Shown: piece after piece, positions 27,317-41,746 of the stretch | How the letters are laid out: every line of letters begins with the position of its first letter | Position numbering within the stretch: position 1 is the first letter of the stretch | Source of the DNA: Octopus vulgaris | Taxonomy: Eukaryota | Length of the DNA stretch: 62,000 bases | Direction of reading: 5' to 3' | NCBI GenBank assembly: GCA_951406725.2 | Contig: OX597826.1 | Location: 60,160,001 to 60,222,000 of the forward strand | The notes under the pieces: generated by a model | Seen by the model: only the letters and a program-made list of their open reading frames with translations | Told to the model about the DNA's origin: nothing | Database searches by the model: none | Position numbers and translations under genes: made by a program

Positions 27317-27398
<82 letters not shown>
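26907..27398. repeat. Long compound (TTA)n/(TAG)n/(AAT)n array
   Basis: Direct reading. Confidence 0.95.
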
Positions 27399-27857
27399 TC
27401 GCACGAGGACCAGACTAATACATGTGCGTGTGTCCTTATGGGTGTGTTTCTTTGTCATCGTCTGTGTATGTCTTTGTGTGCGTGCGTCAGAATTTGCGAT
27501 AAATTAGTGAGCAGGTGATCGTGTCATTTTTCAAATTTCTTAACATTAGTACTTTAATGTTTATTTATTTGCACGATTAAAATGTTTTCGTTATTCATGA
27601 ACGTTCACTCTCCCACGCATTTCTGCACTTTATAAATGATAGATTACGTACGACTACATGCAGCAGATCATTATTGGATATGGCATGAATATGTATGTGT
27701 ATATGAATGTATGTATTTATGCATGTGTATGTTAATATAAATATATTTATATATATATGTGTGTGTGTATCGTTATATCTAAATATACAGATATATATAT
27801 ACATATATATGTGTCTATCGTTATGTATATACATATATATACACACACACACAAACG

Positions 27858-27909
<52 letters not shown>

Positions 27910-28099
27910 TATATGTATATATATATATGCTAATTTATATACACACATTCATACCTTCATATATGTATATTTCTAACTATGTATGTATACATACGAACAC
28001 AAACTTTCAACTCCCGTTTAGAGTGTTCATTTTCCTTTCTATGGTCACAGTGTGCAGAATATTTTCTATTAATCTATACTCTATGTGTAGAGCAATCTT

Positions 28100-28860
28100 G
28101 AATACTCGTGGTTTCTCCCTGACATTTAATCTGGATATCTAATCGTTTCTAACTACTTCCTTTCTAAAACTGTCACTTTGTTATCTTCTCCGTTTTCTAT
28201 GGCTAGATCCGCAGAAAAACTCTTGCTTATGTAATTACGAGGGCAATAATACGATGATTTATCTATTCTGTGGAAAATGAGACTTTCGGTATGAGTACGC
28301 TCATTGACCTAATCACGTCCAAGTGCTTTTCATAGGTGTCATTGATCCTATTGCAGAGATTGAATAACATCCTGGGCATCGTGGGAATGTGTCCTTTTAG
28401 TATTTCTGTAGGGATTTCCTCAATTGCAGTAGATTTTTCTTTTGGAAATTTTGAATTGCGTCTTTTAATTCTGACTCAAATGCTGCTAGGAAGGTGGATC
28501 GTACTTCATGAGAGAAACCTCTTGGTTGTGATATTTCATTATCTTGAAATGAGTTTTTACCATATTCTTTTAATTTCCTGGCGATGCTTTGCAGAAGAGC
28601 AAACACTTTGCCAAATAAGACTTTGGTAGATGTCGCCCTCTTTTACTTGGAATATATTTGTTAAGATATTACTAATGTTGTACGTCTTTCATGTGTTATT
28701 TTGGTGTAAATGGTCTTGGACGTCAGTGTACATGCGCTCCAACTATTTGGCTTTGTTCCTTCAGCCCTCTCTTTGAACAGCTCATTTGATCTTTTTTTTA
28801 AATCTCTATCCCTGAGGTAGATCTTTCCGTTTTGATCTTTTTTCTTTGATTTATCAATTG
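28100..28860 (-). pseudogene. Degenerate RTE-like LINE reverse transcriptase N-terminal remnant
   Basis: Manual translation KSTAIEEIPTEILKG...MLFNLCNRINDT...VLIPK...NHRIIALVIT*ARVFLRI...QF*KGSS parallels RT motifs KxxGxDxIPxE, PIPK, NYRxIxL and GFRKGR. Confidence 0.7.
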
Positions 28861-28998
28861 AAGGGTGTCTTTAGATATCCAAAGTTAGTTCTGTCAAGAA
28901 ATACCTCTTCCATGAACGAAAGTTCATCACAAGAAAAGTTTGTTAAAAATAAGGATTGTTTTATTGTAGTTTTTATTTTCCATAGACATTTCTTTGTC

Positions 28999-29100
<102 letters not shown>

Positions 29101-29962
29101 GACATATACATATACATATATATACGACATATACATATATATATAAACATACACACACACACAGAGGCAGGCAGAAAACACCGTCAAACATATGTTGTAT
29201 GTAACCAATGCATATACGCGAGAGAATGTTTACTTAAATACGTAGATATTTGCTGTGTAGGCTTGCGAAATTGAGTACAATGCTATAAAATAGGTCCCAT
29301 CATAGCAACCGACATAAATGAGGAGGGAGAAAGAGAAGGGTGAAGAGGAAGAAAAAAGGAGAAAGAAAAGAAGGAAGAAGAAGATGACTTGGAAAAAAAA
29401 ATAGATAATGAATGCGCTTCCATATTAAGAAAACAACAAAATTTCAGTAAAAGGCAATAAAGAGAAAGATCAAAGTACCAAACCAGAACTAAAATCTACT
29501 AAAAACTGAAATAATATAGCAAACAGTACCATTTTGTTAGTGCATGTTCTCGCCCACACGTTCGCTTTGTCTCTCTCTTTCTCATATGGAAATATAAATA
29601 CACATACACAAACGCCCACCCACACACTCATACATTTATATTTATATACTTATGCTTAGTTGTACGTACTTATATGTATATGAATATTTGTACATCTATA
29701 TGCTTCTGCGTGCTCATATATTATATACACAGACTTATGCACATATACCATATACATATCTGTCAATATATCTGCCTATCTATGTATATATATATATGTG
29801 TGTGTGTGTGTGGCGGCGCCCATACGAATGTGTGTTCTTGTATAAATACATAGAATATATGTGCAGTAGTTCTTACATATTTATTTATTTGTATAATAAT
29901 CTATATGAGCATATATATATATGTGTGTGTGTGTGTCTGTGTGTGTGTGTGTGTATGTGTGT

Positions 29963-30032
<70 letters not shown>

Positions 30033-30301
30033 TTCTTTGTGCAATCTTTGAGAACGTTTACTTAATGTTGTAAAAATATTTTTTTTCCTCTGAATCACTT
30101 TATATACATATCTGTCTATCTTATCCGCATTATTTCTGTTTACATACAAATAAACACTCCAGAAAAACGTACATAACATACGCGTATATACAAGCAGAAT
30201 TATACACTCAATGAAATTTTCATACACATGCAGATATACACTCTGGAAGTAGACTAATCGGCAAATATTCGTAAGTATTCACTGTTACATTCTAATTAGA
30301 C

Positions 30302-30406
<105 letters not shown>

Positions 30407-30553
30407 TGTATGTATGTATGTATGTATGTATGTGTGTTCACATATATACGAACGCTTTAAAATTTCAATATGTGCATTCCTAGAGTTACAAATTCATACA
30501 AATTATATATAAGAATTAAAATACATAGAAATGTAATATTTAAGACTTGTGTG

Positions 30554-30592
<39 letters not shown>

Positions 30593-31009
30593 CTTTCTTT
30601 TTCCTTTTCTTTTTTACTTGTTTCAGTCATTTGACTGCGGCCATGCTAGAGCACCGCCTTTAGTCGAGCAAATTTCCCCCCGGGACTTATTCTTTGTAAG
30701 CCCAGTGCTTATTCTATCGGTCTCTTTTTGCCGAACCGCTAAGTGACGGGGACGTAAACACACCAGCATCGGTTGTCAAGCAATGCTAGGGGGACAAACA
30801 CAGACACACAAACATAACCACACATACATATATATATACATATATACGACAGGCTTCTTTCAGTTTCCGTCTACCAAATCCACTCACAAGGCATTGGTCG
30901 GCCCGGGGCTATAGCAGAAGACACTTGCCCAAGATGCCACGCAGTGGGACTGAACCCGGAACCATGTGGTTGGTTAGCAAGCTACTTACCACACAGCCAC
31001 TCCTGCGCC
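30593..31009 (-). mobile_element. SINE family B, full length and well preserved
   Basis: Minus strand ggcgcaggagtggctgtgtggtaag...gggttcagtccc...cttgggcaagtgtcttc...gcatggccgcagtcaaatgactgaaacaagtaaaa. Confidence 0.92.
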
Positions 31010-31256
31010 TGTGTGTGTACAAAGAGTAATCTTCTTCTATAAATACACTTATACATTTGCTGCGAATGTGCATGTACGATTTATACGTGAAATTCATCAT
31101 ATCTCCTGTAAAAATATCGTACAATCAGTGAATTCGCATAGACTTTTTTTTATATATTCAAGACGCTACTCTTTCATGCAATACACATACATGCAATTTG
31201 AAGCATGCATGCTCATTCATAGATAAATATACATATATAGAAACATGCATACACAA

Positions 31257-31304
<48 letters not shown>

Positions 31305-31321
31305 ACATATATATATATATA

Positions 31322-31516
31322 TAAATGTAACCACATGTGAATCGCTGGTGATTTTCTTCCTTCGTCTTCGGTTCTTTTGGACTTTCCACTATTTCTGAAG
31401 AAGAGCTTTGCTCGAAACGTTAAAACCATCTTTCTTTCCTTCCCTGAGCGTCTTCTAACACATTACGTGTACCACGATCACGGGTTGCTGTTCCTTTTCA
31501 TGTCAATTCTTCTTTT

Positions 31517-31520
<4 letters not shown>
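31322..31520 (+). mobile_element. Family G2 element with the best-preserved hammerhead motif, long (TA)n on both sides
   Basis: ttt-ctgaaga-a-gagc-ttt-gctc-gaaac-gtt-aaa at 31392-31424. Confidence 0.75.
31392..31424 (+). ncRNA. Minimal type I hammerhead ribozyme-like motif
   Basis: CUGAAGA core, GAGC/GCUC stem II, GAAA, ACGU stem III, GUU cleavage triplet, UUU/AAA stem I; activity untested. Confidence 0.5.
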
Positions 31521-31600
<80 letters not shown>

Positions 31601-31659
31601 GCGTATTTAAGTGTATATAAACTGAGAAAGGTTTATTTATATATATATATATATATACA

Positions 31660-31830
31660 TATAGTGAGAATTTATAGAAAGAAACAAAAGATGAAGACGG
31701 GTGTGTAAACAACGAACAAATGTCTTTGTTTAACGCTCGGTGAGAAAATCTTTTACGTTCCTAGCCTGCGCTCTTCGACAGAAAGAAACAGAATTAAACA
31801 GGGAGAGAAAATAAACATAAATGTTTAGTG
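31660..31830 (-). mobile_element. Family G1 element, degenerate
   Basis: Minus strand tcttt-ctgtcga-a-gagc-gcag-gcta-ggaac-gta-aaaga; gaagacgggtgtgtaaac corresponds to the G1 tail. Confidence 0.6.
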
Positions 31831-31914
31831 GCTAGGGATTTATCATGCCAAATGCCAGACATAGGGATCACACAGGAGAGCAACGAAGAAGGGGAACTTA
31901 TAAAGTAGTGGTGA

Positions 31915-32092
31915 TCCCAAAACTACAAGATGCAGGAGGAAAGCATGAGAAAAAGTTATGGCGAGAGAGTCAGCAGAAGTTTGTCATTACCTTCTGCCAG
32001 TGCCGCGTGGCGCTTAAGTGTTTCGCCCATAAAACCGAGATCCTTCGACCGCGAGTCTGCTGCTCTAACCATTAGGCCATGTGCCTCCACTA
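31915..32092 (-). mobile_element. SINE family E, 5' part
   Basis: caagatgcaggag...gagagagtcagcagaagt...ttaccttctgcc is shared with 55041-55318; tRNA-like ctctaaccattaggccatgtgcc end. Confidence 0.75.
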
Positions 32093-32200
32093 TTAAAAAT
32101 GTATACATAATTGAATATCAATTGTCGTGATTAATAATAATTTCACGTATATTTCATCTAATGTCTCTTATTTTATCTAATGTCTTTTATTCACCACTCA

Positions 32201-32238
<38 letters not shown>

Positions 32239-32396
32239 TATATATTTCAAAGGAGCACCAGGCCTATCAACTACTTTAATTCGTAGAATAGCTTTACGTC
32301 ATGTTTTTCTAAAAAGATGTTCTATTTGGCCGCCAAGGGAACCATCAAGGAACAGGCGACTTTGGTAATTTTTGTTGTCATACCAAGTGTTGAACT

Positions 32397-32447
<51 letters not shown>

Positions 32448-32719
32448 GTTTTTGGAGTTGGCTTCCAAGATTCTTTATTTGAATTCGTGTGTTGAAGCAT
32501 CTTCTATTGTATATGGGGAGAGTCATTTTCTTTTTGTGCCTTATAATGTAACACACTCACCGGTAAAATTTCCACTTATTTCATATTTTTATTCTCCTGA
32601 AATTTTCGTTGCCTCTTGCGACCTTTTCAATATATATCTATATATGCGTGTGTGTGTGTGTATGTATGTATTTATAGATGTATGTGTGTATGCGTGTATA
32701 TGCATATATCTGTATGTAA

Positions 32720-32766
<47 letters not shown>

Positions 32767-33289
32767 GATTTGTGTATACATTCATACACATACATATTAT
32801 ATGTAATACGACGTGTGATATACATATATGTAATACGTGTTTGTGTGTGTATATTCTGTTAAGAGACCTTAGCAATCCTTAAATGATTATAACATACGCA
32901 ACTCTCACAACTGTTTAACAAGGTACTCCACAACGTCGCAGATCTTTAATCAAAGACAATGCGAAGGGTAGATGTCGGCCAAAGCCTAGCCCCAATATAT
33001 ATAATAGCATGCTCTGATATCGTTTTTGTCATATATTTTACTATTCTATATCTGTTGATATTCATTGCTTTCTTCCAAAAGAAAATCTTTTATTGCAACC
33101 ATATGTTTATCTTTGTTCCCTTGTCTTTTTTTTTTAAACTATACACTTTGTTTATTTCTTTTTTCTTCGAGATTGTTTTCTTCAAGTACATTTGGCAAAA
33201 CTCTTGAGCTCCACCATTTTTTGTTTATGTTATATTGTTCCTGTATATGTGTGTATGTGCCCTGGTGGCAAAATGAAAGAAAATGTTGG

Positions 33290-34155
<866 letters not shown>

Positions 34156-34588
34156 AATACGATGGCCAACATAATACCGACTATTGTTTTTTGTATCATA
34201 TTCTTTATATTTTACATTATCATCATCATCATCATCATCGTTATATTCATCATCTTCATCCTACACCTCTTCCTTATCATCATCATCACCTTCATCCCAC
34301 AAAAATACATGTTTCCCATGAAAGTCAGTACGATTGTTAGCTCACACGGACAGGGCAAATAAAAAATAACAAATACAGATTATTTTGGGACAATTGTTTC
34401 GCTATTAATGAATTAAATGTAATTTTACTTACAATAAAATCCACTTGTAGCTCTTCAGCCAAAACTATCTGGATGAAACAACCAGATACACGCACATGCA
34501 ATTTAATGCGTATGTATCTCTGGCACTATGTATCTATCTATACGAACGCACATAGATCATTATAAAGATAGAATGACAGATAGATAGT

Positions 34589-34631
<43 letters not shown>

Positions 34632-34670
34632 GTGGCTATATATATATATGTGTGTGTATATATATACAAC

Positions 34671-34730
<60 letters not shown>

Positions 34731-34754
34731 CATGTATATATGTATATACATGTG

Positions 34755-34893
34755 CAGGATCATGGTTCAGTGGTTAGAGCGTCGAGCTTACGATCGTGAG
34801 GTTGTGAGTTCGATTCCCGGACCGGGCTTGTGCCTCGGAGGGTAAATTTCTAGGTGCAATCCCATGGTTATTCATGACCGAAGGGGGTCTCCC
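34755..34893 (+). mobile_element. SINE family C internal-deletion derivative (tRNA-like head joined to the 3' end)
   Basis: catggttcagtggttagagcg...gagttcgattcccggaccgggct runs directly into ...ctaggtgcaatcccatgg...gaccgaagggggtctc. Confidence 0.8.
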
Positions 34894-34895
34894 AT

Positions 34896-34934
<39 letters not shown>

Positions 34935-35050
34935 TATATATACATATATACATATATATTTATATGTGTATAATACATATAGATACATGCACCAGAGAAA
35001 TGCAGATAAAGGAAGATAAAGAGACAGACAGACAGATAGATTGAGTGATT

Positions 35051-35095
<45 letters not shown>

Positions 35096-36201
35096 AAAAG
35101 ATAGATAGACAGATTTCTGTTTAGGAATTTATTACAAGCATCGCACCACTAATGGACATAAATACCAAGGATGTTTTAACATGCGTAAAGTTGATGCTAT
35201 TTATTCATAACCTAGACAACATATATTTTGCATTCCAGTAATGCAATGCATCTACTAACTTCTTATGCGTTGCACTCAGCTTCAGTTGCAAAATATATCT
35301 ACTCGTTCCGAAACATGATCCAACCTATTCAATACTGTTGCTTCAAGGTCATAATATGTTGTAACGTACCATAATATGATATAACTTTGTTCATCTGGTG
35401 ATGATATACGGGACTTACAGCCGATGGAATGAAGTAAATATTTATTTATCAAATATAGTCCTTCAGGCCCAATGTTAGTACAAGCTACCCATACAGTTTT
35501 AACTGGAGACTAAACAGAGAATTCACATGCCACATTTTCAACAAGACGTTTAATAATTCAATACCGGTTTAATAATTCAATGCCGGTTTTGTTACTACCA
35601 GTGACAGACAATAATGCAACATCTAGCTGTGGTTCTTATAAAGAAAACTGGACTTACAAACATTTCCTCTAACAAAAATCCTTTTAAGTTACTAAATGAG
35701 AACAGCATTCTATAATATTTACTAGAATATTTGAATTTTATAACAAACTCATATTTGCCCAAAATACAATTCCAGAATTTATCCCATACATTAGCCAACA
35801 AATAGTCGGTGTGACATATTAATTACACTCATTGAATTACTAAATCTAGTAGGTACTTTTCTTTTCGAAGCATTATACAACTTACTATGCATTATTATGT
35901 CTTCCACTGCCTCACATGTACTTCCCTCTTGCGTCCGAAACTAATAAGATCCCCTCACCACATTCATACGTACATACATACATACATACTGGAGTACTAG
36001 GTTTTTTTAGAAAATGCTTAAAGTCAGTTGGTACTACTAGTGGCTAGGGGCGAGTAGTACGCTCCCTAGCTCAAAGTGTATTTCAGACACAGATCGTGTG
36101 TCCATAACCAGCTGGAAATGCTCTTTTACTGGTGTTAAAAGGTAGTAACATGTTTCTACGTAGGACTGCCAACTTACGTTTGCAAATTCATATTGTATAT
36201 G

Positions 36202-36236
<35 letters not shown>

Positions 36237-36255
36237 TTGTGTGCATACACACAAA

Positions 36256-36301
<46 letters not shown>

Positions 36302-37191
36302 GATAGATAGATAGATAGATAAGTGTATATATATATATATATATACATACACTCATGCATACACTCATGCATACACTTACGTAAACCCGAATATTCCAGG
36401 TGTTATTTAGTTAGGCTTGTCCCGAACCGATATGGGCCGAAATATATCTAAGTATCTTAGGAAGTGTTCTATGTACCCTCATATATAAGCGTGTATGTAC
36501 AGAGATAGAAATATAAAGAGGCAGATATGTAGGTTTTCACATAAATTGACAGATATATGCATATCTGTTACATCTTTCACTTCAGGAATCAATATGCCAC
36601 AACTTTGTTTTGAAACCTTTAGGCATAATTCAAGATATATTTATTGAATATTAAAGTTACAGCTAATTAGTGAGTTTCTGTGTACTTCCATTAATGCTCT
36701 GCAAACAATAAAGTACTTCATTAAAAATCTTGGATCGGGAGAAACATACTTGGTAATGTGTAGCAATTATTTAAAGTACATACGTATTTCATTAGTAGCG
36801 AAGGAAACAGTGTGAATATCTGAAGGTAGTCTTTATATCCAACGTGGCATGGATGCTTGTTATAACATTGAGTTATTAAACTTGAAAGATTATCCAGTAT
36901 AGGCGATTGGTGCAGAAAATTGTAAACGTAGATTATAGTAGATGAGAAACATGACATAGGCATCGTAACTCCGCCACCTCATTTCGCATGATTTCACAGA
37001 CATATGTGTGTGTATATGAGTATCTTGGTGTAGGGTCGCGCTCACAACACGCACACACATACGCACACATGCACACATATGTGCTAGCAGCTGACCGTTT
37101 GTATGCACCTGTATATGAGCAATTAGATAATGATTAAAAGTACTAAAGACAGAATTATATTCTGTAAAACAGAGACGGATAGTAAACTATG

Positions 37192-37246
<55 letters not shown>

Positions 37247-37267
37247 ATGTACGTATGTATATACACC

Positions 37268-37321
<54 letters not shown>

Positions 37322-37367
37322 TACATATATACATACATATATATATAAATATATATAGACATATATT

Positions 37368-37405
<38 letters not shown>

Positions 37406-38337
37406 TATACATACATATATATGTGTGTGTGTGTGTGCATGTAATTATGTGTGTATATATGTATATGTATGTATGATATGACTATAACTTGCAACTGACT
37501 ATAAACCAAAGATGGATAAAAGAACTCTCATTCAGTTCATATTTGACCATTTAAGAGTGCAATAAACTTTGGTTTATGGCTTGGAAATTAGTGCTATAAC
37601 TAGGTGGATTTTGAAGGCAGTAAATCATTCTTGTATAAATATTTGTATTACGAACAGATGTGAGTTACAAAAGAGAAGGTATGTTTAATTATCACTTGTA
37701 TATAGATAGAAGAATTGTATGTCTCTCTCTTTGTCTCTCTCTCTCTCTCTCTCTTCTTTCAGTCTCTGCATACACACACGCGCGCGCGCCTATGTATATA
37801 TATATATATATAACAATGGATGGGTGGTGTATGTCTGTCTACCGGATTTACTACTGAAAGCTACTTCGTGTGTAAAATTTCCCGACGAATACAATAGAAG
37901 TGTTCCCGAGTCTCTAGCCGTTCTCTGAAGGGAGCTATTTGATCTTTTGCAAAATGTACAAAAAAGCATTTAAAAAATAAATGAAGATTGATAATTTTTT
38001 TGCCACTTCCAAATTAACAATAAATATATTTAGGGCCTTATTTGTCCCCCCCCTATTGCGTGTTAGGTTCATCTGGGACTTTCGACATGAAAGATCCATT
38101 TTCGTTATGAAAACACCTACATCCACTTTGTGTAGGCCCCTCAGGCTCTTTGGAGAATATTATAAAGCTGTGGGCCCTTGCAACTCAGGCTGTTGCAGTA
38201 ACTGTACAATATTCGAAATTCGAAGCTGCATATTTGTTACAATGTATTTGTAACGTATTATTGAAGATACTGATAGGTTTTTGTCAGAGATGGAAGGCAC
38301 ATCGAGGAGATTTCGATATTTCAACAATTATTATAAT

Positions 38338-38480
38338 ACTAGCAGAGATTCCCGGAGTTGCTCGGAATTATGTACAGATAACTGGAGGTTAAGTTGAAAA
38401 CAACATCCTAAAATATGTGGAATATACTTCCGTTGAAAGATGTTTTATGTGTGCCTGAACTATTGGCATCTCAACGTCAG
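38338..38480 (+). mobile_element. Possible 5' end of a second Helitron-associated element
   Basis: actagcagagattcccggagttgctcgga resembles the start at 6209. Confidence 0.45.
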
Positions 38481-39148
38481 CATATAACTTGAAACGAAAA
38501 TGAATAGTAAATATAGAAACTTTTGAAGCATCTTACGACACCTGATGAAACGTTGCATTTAGTGTCATTACATTGTTCTCCATCAACTACGATACAGTGC
38601 AGAATGATGGCGAAACGATTACTGTGTTAATAAATGCATCTAATTACACTCCGTCTTCCATATTAATCATATAAAATATACTCTACGTGCACCTCAGAAT
38701 TCCGGACGTAGATCCGACGAAGAACGCACAGTATCGCCCATGACACCTGGTAACCATAAGTGGTGAATGTGCTCTGCAGGCACACTACCTAAGACTTACT
38801 CTGAAACAATGTTGGATACTGAATTTAGTACCTAATTTCTAAACTTAACATACAGATACGCACATATGCATATATGTAAGTATGTAATTATGCGTGAACA
38901 ATCTCAAGATTAATCCGCCGAAATTGCGAGGATGATACGGTTCTTGACTGAAGATAAAAGGCTTCGAATGACCCGTCCGTGCTTTTTTTTTGTATTGTCT
39001 ATCTGGATGTTTTTTTGTCCCATTTTGTATCTCCTAGTTGTCCGGAGATTTTGTGTTCTTGCCCCATTTTGTATTTTATTTTATGTATATATATATATAT
39101 ATATATATAGCAGCGTACGTACACTTTGTTCTCTTATATGTATGTATG

Positions 39149-39182
<34 letters not shown>

Positions 39183-39377
39183 TGCATGCGTGTATATGCG
39201 TGAAATCACTTGCATACATGTATACATGGACATGATATCACATAATGATGGTCGATTAATATTTTCAATATCCTAAGTTATTTGCAATAAATGTGGTTGC
39301 TCCAATCTTAGTTAACCGCGCTTAAAATGTGTACCATAAGTATGAAAACCCTTAAACCCCTGCGTATATATATATAT

Positions 39378-39543
39378 ATTTTCTCTCCTTCTTTCTGTGT
39401 TTTTCTCTCTCTGTGTATCTTTCTGTTGAAGAGCGTAGGCTCGAAACGTTAAAGACTTGTTTTATTTATATTTCCTGAGCGCCATACTAATACAATTGTT
39501 CGTTTGTTTTCCACCTGTCTTCGTCTTTTGTTTATTTTCATAA

Positions 39544-39545
<2 letters not shown>
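39378..39545 (+). mobile_element. Family G1 hammerhead-motif element in (TA)n
   Basis: One visible mismatch versus 5410-5575 over ~165 bp. Confidence 0.75.
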
Positions 39546-39584
<39 letters not shown>

Positions 39585-40099
39585 TACATATATACATATA
39601 TACATATATACATATATACATATATATACACACACACACACATATATATATATACATATATATGAGTGTGTGTGGGTGCGTGTGTATTGTGTATATCTAT
39701 ATGTGTAGGTGTACAAGTGAGTATATACCTTCATTAAGACAGAGAGAGGGGGAAAGAGAGAGCGAAAACTCAAGAACTACGGATCTACTTCCAAACTATC
39801 AAAATTCCATTGTGAAGAGAATGTCTCATGAGATACGTTAGAAAGGCCTCGTCAGGAGAATGGTTATACAGTTACAGAGAAAATAGTCGTTTTGGGTTGT
39901 TTTTTTTTTTAAATTGAAAATACCAAAGTCATATTAGCCTCGTGTTGACAAGAAAACGATTGGATTTTTGATAGAAACTCTAAGAATCTAAAGATTGACA
40001 TGCCATTGGGAATAACCGATATATAAGACTAACAGGCTTATATGTGTGTATTTAGCGCATAGACACATACATGCAGACATACAACCACACGCACATATG

Positions 40100-40181
<82 letters not shown>

Positions 40182-40315
40182 TATATACATATACATATAT
40201 ATATATATATGTACATGTAATCAAATACACATATATTTATAGATATATATGTGTATGTACATATATAATATATATCTATCTCTCTTTCTATTTATCAATC
40301 AGTCAATCACTAAAT

Positions 40316-40368
<53 letters not shown>

Positions 40369-40390
40369 TATATATATGTATATACATAAT

Positions 40391-41138
40391 CAAAACATTC
40401 AAACACTGAGATTTGAAATCAGATGTCAGTACTGTTCATATAACCTGTGGATTAATTTTAAAATTGATATCACCAGCCGTGACATAGGTGGATCGCAGGC
40501 GCAATAGCATTACATAGCTATGAATTATAACATTTGTACGAAGCGTAATGATGCTTAACAAGCATCCACCTGCTAGAAATGAGAGCTAAAGTCGTTAAAT
40601 TTATCCACTGTACCGCACCAAGATAATAGAGAAAAATCAGTATACGAGGAAAACAGAAAGAATTAAGACATTTAACAGCACAAAATAAAAATATTTTGGA
40701 ATTAGGGATATCCAGAAACCAGGATTCGGCTTTTGGTTATTTAAAGACTGAGCCTCATCAGGGTGGCCTACCGGGTAATAATCCATAACTCTTTAGTTAA
40801 ACTCTGACTGTGCAACTGGTTTTGATTTGTACCAAAACCAGAGCACATGGTGCATAAAAATTTATAAGCAAAACATTCAAACACTGAGATTTGAAATCAG
40901 ATGTCAGTACTGTTCATATAACCTGTGGATTAATTTTAAAATTGATATCACCAGCCGTGACATAGGTGGATCGCAGGCGCAATAGCATTACATAGCTATG
41001 AATTATAACATTTGTACGAAGCGTAATGATGCTTAACAAGCATCCACCTGCTAGAAATGAGAGCTAAAGTCGTTAAATTTATCCACTGTACCGCACCAAG
41101 ATAATAGAGAAAAATCAGTATACGAGGAAAACAGAAAG

Positions 41139-41140
<2 letters not shown>
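40391..41140 (-). mobile_element. 272-bp direct repeat (40391-40662, 40869-41140; period 478) with a hammerhead-like motif in the spacer; Penelope pseudo-LTR-like; (TA)n on both sides
   Basis: caaaacattcaaacactgag...gaaaacagaaagaa duplicated; minus strand ctgatga-ggct-(19 nt)-agcc-gaatcc at ~40762-40720. Confidence 0.55.
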
Positions 41141-41221
<81 letters not shown>

Positions 41222-41695
41222 AGAGAGACTGTATACGTACATTCGTACGTATACGCATATGTACATTTTTATGTATTTGTGTGAGTGTATATGAATGTCT
41301 GTGCGCTTGTGTGAATGTTCAGTAAAAAATATATTATTCTTTAACTAGAATATTATTACATTATTAAGAATAACTTCGATGTTTCTCCTTGCGTAGGTCA
41401 ACATCAGACTGTGATAAATTTGAATACGTCTTGCCTTCACATTCTCACGTTTAAAATAAAATGTTCTAGTGCGGAGGAGATCTGGTGAGTGATAATTAAG
41501 TAGTAGGCTAAATTGTTACTGAGAAGTGTAATTGAATCCATTCGATGATATAATTTGGACCAAGGATGTTGATCTTCGTAATCATGCGTATCTGTGCGTG
41601 TCAGCTGACGCATTTAAACATTGAAACAGAACAGTGACGGTTTAACTGCCTGAAACATTGAAGTCACTGCATACACTGTTCTTCGGGAATTTTAC

Positions 41696-41746
<51 letters not shown>

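Noticed and set aside
26637-27518. 293-aa plus-strand ORF
   Set aside because: Antisense of the R4/Dong fragment plus triplet repeats
39790-39870. Minus-strand ctgacgaggcc, possible hammerhead
   Set aside because: No closing stem II or GAAA found
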